Below are positions 7,917-12,867 of a DNA stretch of 12,867 nucleotides, in pieces. The notes below the pieces were generated by a model. It was given only the letters and a program-made list of their open reading frames with translations, had not been told where the DNA came from and did no database searches. The stretch is from the UHGV virus genome UHGV-1686525; one strand, 5' to 3'. The translations under genes were made by a program, and so were the position numbers. Each line of letters opens with the position of its first letter. The first letter of the stretch is position 1. The stretch comes from a virus.

Positions 7917-9335
7917 ATGCCGATTCAGCAACTTCCGCTCATGAAAGGTGTCGGCAAAGACTTCCGAAATGCCGACTATATCGACTATCTGCCAGTGAAT
8001 ATGCTGGCTACACCCAAAGAAATCCTGAACAGCAGCGGATATCTTCGCTCATTCCCGGGCATTGCCAAACGCTCTGATGTGAACGGTGTATCGCGCGGCG
8101 TCGAGTACAACATGGCGCAGAATGCTGTTTATCGTGTGTGTGGTGGGAAGCTCTACAAAGGAGAAAGTGAAGTCGGTGACGTCGCCGGAAGTGGTCGCGT
8201 ATCAATGGCGCATGGTCGAACATCACAGGCTGTAGGCGTTAATGGTCAACTGGTCGAGTATCGTTATGATGGCACGGTTAAAACCGTCTCAAACTGGCCT
8301 ACAGACAGTGGATTCACGCAGTATGAGTTAGGTTCAGTTCGCGACATTACTCGCTTACGTGGGCGTTATGCGTGGTCAAAAGATGGTACTGATTCATGGT
8401 TCATCACGGACCTTGAAGACGAATCACATCCTGACCGTTACAGCGCACAATATCGTGCTGAGTCTCAGCCTGACGGCATCATCGGCATCGGAACATGGCG
8501 AGACTTCATCGTCTGTTTTGGTTCATCGACGATTGAGTATTTTTCCCTGACTGGTGCAACCACCGTTGGTGCTGCTTTGTATGTCGCACAGCCATCGCTG
8601 ATGGTGCAAAAAGGCATCGCCGGAACTTACTGCAAAACGCCGTTTGCTGATTCCTATGCGTTTATCAGCAATCCGGCAACAGGTGCGCCGTCTGTGTATA
8701 TCATCGGCTCCGGTCAGGTATCACCAATCGCCAGCGCGAGCATTGAGAAAATACTACGCTCCTACACTGCTGATGAACTGGCTGATGGCGTGATGGAATC
8801 GTTGCGGTTTGATGCGCATGAGTTGCTGATTATCCATCTTCCGCGTCACGTCCTCGTGTACGACGCATCTTCAAGTGCCAATGGTCCGCAATGGTGTGTG
8901 CTGAAAACAGGCCTGTATGACGATGTGTACCGCGCTATCGACTTCATTTACGAAGGCAATCAGATAACGTGCGGCGATAAGCTGGAGTCCGTGACCGGGA
9001 AATTGCAATTCGATATCAGCAGCCAGTACGACAAGCAACAGGAACACCTGCTGTTTACTCCGTTGTTCAAAGCGGATAACGCCAGAGTTTTCGACCTTGA
9101 AGTTGAATCTTCAACTGGCGTTGCGCAGTATGCTGACCGCCTGTTCCTCTCTGCAACTACTGACGGCATCAATTACGGGCGTGAGCAGATGATTGAGCAG
9201 AATGAACCGTTCGTTTACGACAAACGCGTTTTGTGGAAGCGTGTCGGGCGAATCAGGAAAAATGTCGGCTTCAAATTGCGCGTTATCACGAAGTCACCTG
9301 TCACTCTGTCTGGCTGCCAGATAAGGATTGAGTAA
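7917..9335 (+). CDS. Head completion/tail hub protein, P22 gp10-like (472 aa)
   Basis: Exactly the length of P22 gp10 (472 aa) and in the syntenic position between gp4 and the tail needle; GAGGTGA Shine-Dalgarno upstream; stop overlaps the needle start (TAATG). Confidence 0.85.
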   Translation: MPIQQLPLMKGVGKDFRNADYIDYLPVNMLATPKEILNSSGYLRSFPGIAKRSDVNGVSRGVEYNMAQNAVYRVCGGKLYKGESEVGDVAGSGRVSMAHGRTSQAVGVNGQLVEYRYDGTVKTVSNWPTDSGFTQYELGSVRDITRLRGRYAWSKDGTDSWFITDLEDESHPDRYSAQYRAESQPDGIIGIGTWRDFIVCFGSSTIEYFSLTGATTVGAALYVAQPSLMVQKGIAGTYCKTPFADSYAFISNPATGAPSVYIIGSGQVSPIASASIEKILRSYTADELADGVMESLRFDAHELLIIHLPRHVLVYDASSSANGPQWCVLKTGLYDDVYRAIDFIYEGNQITCGDKLESVTGKLQFDISSQYDKQQEHLLFTPLFKADNARVFDLEVESSTGVAQYADRLFLSATTDGINYGREQMIEQNEPFVYDKRVLWKRVGRIRKNVGFKLRVITKSPVTLSGCQIRIE

Positions 9336-10288
9336 TGGCTGATTCGAATCTCAATGAGCCGGTAATCATTCAGACTACACGACTCGACACATCAGTCCTT
9401 CCACGCAATATCTTCTCGCAGTCGTATCTGCTTTACGTTATCGCACAGGGCACTGATGTTGGTAACGTGGCTAACAAGGCCAACGAAGCAGGGAAGGGGG
9501 CTTATGATGCACAGGTGAAGAATGATGAGCAGGATGTCACCCTTGCAGACCATGAATCCAGAATTGAAGCTGCTGAAGCAACTCTCATCAATCATGAAAA
9601 TAGAATTGCAGCAGCGGAAAGCACTCTTGCAGATCATGAAACAAGGATTACGGCTGCTGAAACAGAGCTGGCTGATCACGAGACGCGAATTGCTGCCAAT
9701 GAATCTGAGTTAGCAAACCATGATGCGCGCATAACTCAGAATACAACTGATATCGACGCACTTGATACCAGGCTCACAGCGGCAGAGGGAAGTATTTCGA
9801 CGCTACAAAGCACAGTTGGTGATCACTCAACAAGAATATCTGCGCTTGAGTATGCCACCACGCGCAAGAAATCAGAGGTTGTTTACTCAGGAGTATCAGT
9901 AACCATTCCAACAGCGCCGACCAACCTTGTTAGCCTACTGAAAACGCTCACGCCGTCATCCGGCACGTTGGCACCATTCTTCGACACCGTTAACAACAAG
10001 ATGGTTGTGTTCAACGAGAACAAAACCTTGTTCTTCAAGCTGGCGATCGTCGGGACGTGGCCCAGCGGAACAGCCAACAGGTCAATGCAGCTAACCTTTT
10101 CCGGCTCTGTTCCTGACACACTGGTAAGCAGCCGCAACTCGGCGACAACGACCGATAACATCCTGTTAGCTACGTTCTTCAGCGTGGATAAAGACGGCTT
10201 TCTTGCCACAAATGGCAGTACGTTAACCATTCAGTCGAATGGTGCGGCGTTTACTGCCACAACCATCAAAATCATTGCGGAGCAGTGA
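9335..10288 (+). CDS. Tail needle (cell-envelope-penetrating plug), P22 gp26-like N-terminal domain and trimeric coiled coil, with a longer C-terminal beta-rich knob-type domain (317 aa)
   Basis: N-terminal ~65 aa ([43 protein letters not shown]...[13 protein letters not shown]) are near-identical in pattern to the P22 gp26 N-terminus as I recall it; followed by five 14-residue heptad-pair repeats ([14 protein letters not shown] and similar) typical of the needle coiled coil; the C-terminal ~145 aa are Thr/Ser/Val-rich and non-helical, unlike the short P22 tip. Confidence 0.92.
   Translation: MADSNLNEPVIIQTTRLDTSVLPRNIFSQSYLLYVIAQGTDVGNVANKANEAGKGAYDAQVKNDEQDVTLADHESRIEAAEATLINHENRIAAAESTLADHETRITAAETELADHETRIAANESELANHDARITQNTTDIDALDTRLTAAEGSISTLQSTVGDHSTRISALEYATTRKKSEVVYSGVSVTIPTAPTNLVSLLKTLTPSSGTLAPFFDTVNNKMVVFNENKTLFFKLAIVGTWPSGTANRSMQLTFSGSVPDTLVSSRNSATTTDNILLATFFSVDKDGFLATNGSTLTIQSNGAAFTATTIKIIAEQ
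9545..9754 (+). repeat. Five imperfect tandem 42-bp (14-codon) repeats encoding the heptad-pair coiled coil of the tail needle
   Basis: Protein units [14 protein letters not shown] / [14 protein letters not shown] / [14 protein letters not shown] / [14 protein letters not shown] / [14 protein letters not shown]; DNA units share the gc(a/t)ga(c/t)ca(t/c)ga...(a/c)g(a/g)att...gc.gc.ga pattern but are diverged at synonymous positions. Confidence 0.8.
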
Positions 10289-10767
10289 TGGAAATAAAGC
10301 TCATCGATAATCCGGTGAAGCTTGCAGAATTCCTCAACAACCCGGCAAACACGGGAAATATCGTAGACAGTGGAGATAAATACTACATCAAGCCTGATGC
10401 GGTATATCTCGGCATCTACGAAGGATTAGTGCTGGCTGGGGTTCATGAAGTGCGTAACTTCTGGCATAGCGTTGTTGAATGCCATGCTGTGTACGACCCC
10501 GGATTCCGAGGCGAATATGCACTGCAAGGGCATCGATTATTCTGCAAATGGCTTCTCGAAAACTCACCATTCCTTAACAGCATCACCATGGTTCCTGACA
10601 TCACCAAATACGGACGGGCAATTATCCGTTTGCTTGGCGCTACCCGTGTTGGTCACCTTGATGATGCTTATACCAGCAATGGAAAGCCTGTAGGCATCAC
10701 GATTTATCAGTTACCGCGCTCAAAATACGAGGAGCTAAAGAATGTTAATTTTCCAGATTGCCAATAA
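10288..10767 (+). CDS. P22 gp14-like virion assembly/ejection-associated protein (159 aa from ATG 10288)
   Basis: Syntenic position directly after the tail needle; ATG 10288 shares a base with the needle stop (GTGATG); the track start at 10285 is a GTG one codon upstream. Assignment is by position and size only. Confidence 0.65.
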   Translation: MEIKLIDNPVKLAEFLNNPANTGNIVDSGDKYYIKPDAVYLGIYEGLVLAGVHEVRNFWHSVVECHAVYDPGFRGEYALQGHRLFCKWLLENSPFLNSITMVPDITKYGRAIIRLLGATRVGHLDDAYTSNGKPVGITIYQLPRSKYEELKNVNFPDCQ

Positions 10768-11395
10768 GCACCTCAGCAAAGCTGTTTACTGCAAAGGCGG
10801 CAGTGATGGCGGTTCAAAAGCCCAGGCACGCGCAACTGAAAAGGGTATCGAATTGCAGCGTGAAATGTGGCAAACGAACATGCAAAACCTTGCACCGTTC
10901 ACGCCACTCGCTCAACAGTACGTATCAGAGTTGCAGAATCTTTCCTCTCTTCAGGGGCAAGGTCAGGCGCTTAACCAGTATTACAACTCCCAGCAGTACA
11001 AAGACCTTGCTGGTCAGGCGCGTTACCAGAGTCTGGCAGCAGCAGAGGCAACGGGTGGATTAGGCTCTACAGCAACAGGAAACCAGTTAGCATCAATCGC
11101 ACCTACACTCGGTCAAAACTGGCTGTCAGGTCAGATGAACAACTACAACAATCTGGCAAATATCGGCCTTGGTGCTCTTACAGGTCAGGCAAACGCTGGA
11201 CAAAACTACGCCAACAACGTCAGCCAGTTGTATCAACAGCAGGCGGCAGCATCTGCGGCTAATGCGAATAAACCATCAGGATTTCAGAGCGCCCTGGGTG
11301 GAGCGGCAGCAGGTGCAGCTGCAGGTACTGCAATCATGCCTGGTTGGGGTACAGCAATTGGTGCTGGCGTCGGTCTTCTTGGTTCACTTTTTTAA
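10742..11395 (+). CDS. Ejection (internal virion) protein, P22 gp7-like (217 aa), Q/N/G/A-rich with a C-terminal Gly/Ala-rich hydrophobic segment
   Basis: Position after the gp14-like gene and size close to P22 gp7 (about 229 aa); low-complexity Gln/Asn/Gly composition; C-terminus GGAAAGAAAGTAIMPGWGTAIGAGVGLLGSLF looks like a membrane-inserting segment, consistent with an ejection protein; the start overlaps the gp14 end by 26 nt. Confidence 0.72.
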   Translation: MLIFQIANKHLSKAVYCKGGSDGGSKAQARATEKGIELQREMWQTNMQNLAPFTPLAQQYVSELQNLSSLQGQGQALNQYYNSQQYKDLAGQARYQSLAAAEATGGLGSTATGNQLASIAPTLGQNWLSGQMNNYNNLANIGLGALTGQANAGQNYANNVSQLYQQQAAASAANANKPSGFQSALGGAAAGAAAGTAIMPGWGTAIGAGVGLLGSLF

Positions 11396-11407
11396 TGGAG
11401 GTGTCTC

Positions 11408-12802
11408 TTGGCTACATGGCAACAGGCTGGTAATTCAGGCGCGCTTCTTGCCGGGTTAGGCGGCATGAACTCCAACGCTCCAAGAGCAAGTGATGCAGAC
11501 GCCACGCTTGCATACATTCGACAGAATAACGAGATGGAGCGTTCAGGACGTAATAACGTTGGCTTGCAGGCTTTGCAGGGCATTTCATCTGTCATGGATA
11601 TGTATAAGCAGATGGATCAGCAGAAGCGACAGCAAGAGTTTCAGCAGGCTTATGCTGATGCATATACATCTGGTGACCGCGATGCAATGCGAAAACTGGC
11701 ATCACAGTATCCTGAGCAGTTTGACGCTGTAAGAAACGGCATGAAATTTGTCGATGAAGACCAGCGTTCCACTGTCGGCACACTGGCAGCAAGTGCCAGA
11801 CTGGCAGCTTCATCTCCAGAAGCCATGATGTCATGGTTGCAGAACAACTCATCTGAGCTTACTCGTGCCGGAGTAGACCCTCTGGATGTGGCGAAAATGT
11901 ATCAGCAAAATCCACAAGGTTTCACAGAGTTTGTTGATCACCTTGGAATGGCTGCACTTGGTCCAGAACAATATTTTCAGGCGCAAGACAGAATCGTTGG
12001 GCGTGAGATTGATCGCGGAAAACTTGCAGAGACAATCCGCAGCAATCAGGCTGGCGAGGCGCTAACAGCACGAGGTCAGAACATCACGATGCGCGGTCAG
12101 GATTTATCTGCTTCTACTGCGCGACGCGGGCAGGATTTGGCAATGCAGCGAGCGTCAACAAGAGGAACCGCTGGGAATGATGAGCGTACAGTTCAGTTAT
12201 CAGATGGCAGAACTGTAACGGTTGGCGGGAAACTTCACGGCGCTGGGGCAAATGCGTTCTACGAAGGCATCGACAACGAGGGGAATATGGTTCGCGTTCC
12301 TGCCAGTTCAATCGCAGCGCCTGCAACATCGTCTGCATCAGCACAAAACTATGCCATGAAGAAGGATATCGACGCGATCGCAAATGCAGACGCTTCTGCT
12401 CTCGATTTCATGACAGGAATGACCGGCGGCGCAGGTAACCCGGCAATTGGTGCTGATGTTCGCAGCCGATTAACAGGAAAAGAGCAGCGCCAGTTATATA
12501 ACTCAGCACAACGTATTCAGGGCAGAATGCAGAATCAGGGTGTGGCGGCAGCAAGGGACATGGGGGCCAGTGGTATTAACACCGTTGCAGAAGCGAAGAT
12601 GTATTTTCAGGGGATGCCGCAGGTTGACTATTCAAGCCCGGAGGCTATGCAGCAGTCGATTCGTGAGATTCAGGAATACACCAACAATTACAACCAACAA
12701 TATAACGTTAATGTTGGTAAATCTCAGCGGCAGCAATCTCAACCTGCACAGGTATCACAGCCAGCAGCCAGCAGTAACTTTTCTTCACTATGGGGTGATT
12801 AA
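11408..12802 (+). CDS. Ejection (internal virion) protein, P22 gp20-like (464 aa); probable TTG start
   Basis: Size close to P22 gp20 (about 471 aa) and syntenic; GGAGG (11397-11401) at 6 nt from TTG 11408; the first in-frame ATG (11465) lacks a comparable Shine-Dalgarno; Q/A/G-rich composition. Confidence 0.72.
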   Translation: MATWQQAGNSGALLAGLGGMNSNAPRASDADATLAYIRQNNEMERSGRNNVGLQALQGISSVMDMYKQMDQQKRQQEFQQAYADAYTSGDRDAMRKLASQYPEQFDAVRNGMKFVDEDQRSTVGTLAASARLAASSPEAMMSWLQNNSSELTRAGVDPLDVAKMYQQNPQGFTEFVDHLGMAALGPEQYFQAQDRIVGREIDRGKLAETIRSNQAGEALTARGQNITMRGQDLSASTARRGQDLAMQRASTRGTAGNDERTVQLSDGRTVTVGGKLHGAGANAFYEGIDNEGNMVRVPASSIAAPATSSASAQNYAMKKDIDAIANADASALDFMTGMTGGAGNPAIGADVRSRLTGKEQRQLYNSAQRIQGRMQNQGVAAARDMGASGINTVAEAKMYFQGMPQVDYSSPEAMQQSIREIQEYTNNYNQQYNVNVGKSQRQQSQPAQVSQPAASSNFSSLWGD

Positions 12803-12867
12803 TGGCTAAAGCATGGAAAGATGTTATCGCCTCTCCACAGTATCAGGCGTTAGCACCAGAACAAAAA
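12803..12867 (+). CDS. 5' end of the next ejection protein gene (P22 gp16 position), truncated by the window end ([22 protein letters not shown]...)
   Basis: ATG 12803 immediately follows the gp20-like stop (TAA 12800-12802); open to the end of the window; assignment by synteny only. Confidence 0.5.

Noticed and set aside
8008-9172. ORFs 8008..8226 (-), 8359..8550 (+) and 8960..9172 (-)
   Set aside because: Embedded in the gp10-like gene; His/Arg/Cys-rich out-of-frame products.
9545-9754. Possibility that the 42-bp periodic repeats are a CRISPR array or mobile-element repeat
   Set aside because: The units are in-frame, imperfect and have no unique spacers; they encode heptad repeats of the needle coiled coil.
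9392-10230. ORFs 9392..9679 (-), 9522..9713 (+) and 9883..10230 (-)
   Set aside because: Out-of-frame or antisense readings of the tail needle gene; the first two arise from the periodic coiled-coil repeat region.
10388-11063. ORFs 10388..10570 (-), 10445..10693 (+) and 10758..11063 (+)
   Set aside because: Alternative-frame readings inside the gp14-like and gp7-like genes with no independent start signals.
11169-12809. ORFs 11169..11459 (+), 11392..11595 (-), 11490..11732 (+), 11592..11852 (-), 11650..11847 (-), 12114..12383 (-) and 12540..12809 (+)
   Set aside because: All embedded within or antisense to the gp7-like and gp20-like genes.

Overview
The window is a contiguous, single-strand (+) late morphogenesis operon of a P22-like short-tailed phage (Sf6/HK620/CUS-3-type Lederbergvirus), probably a prophage or phage genome from an enterobacterium. 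The gene order matches the P22 late operon in position and approximate protein size: three small unknown ORFs, small terminase (Sf6 gp1-type), large terminase, portal, scaffolding protein, coat protein, a strong intrinsic terminator, a small ORF, gp4-like, gp10-like, gp26-like tail needle, gp14-like, and the gp7/gp20/gp16 ejection proteins (gp16 truncated at the window end). Genes are tightly packed, with several start/stop overlaps suggesting translational coupling. I did not find RNA genes, CRISPR arrays, integrases or transposases, or any recognisable defence/anti-defence system. The only candidates for undescribed function are the three-ORF cassette upstream of the terminase (199..921), the small ORF between coat and gp4, and the divergent C-terminal domain of the tail needle. 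All family assignments rest on remembered protein features and synteny, not on database searches. All minus-strand ORFs in the track are embedded antisense to confidently assigned genes and are rejected.
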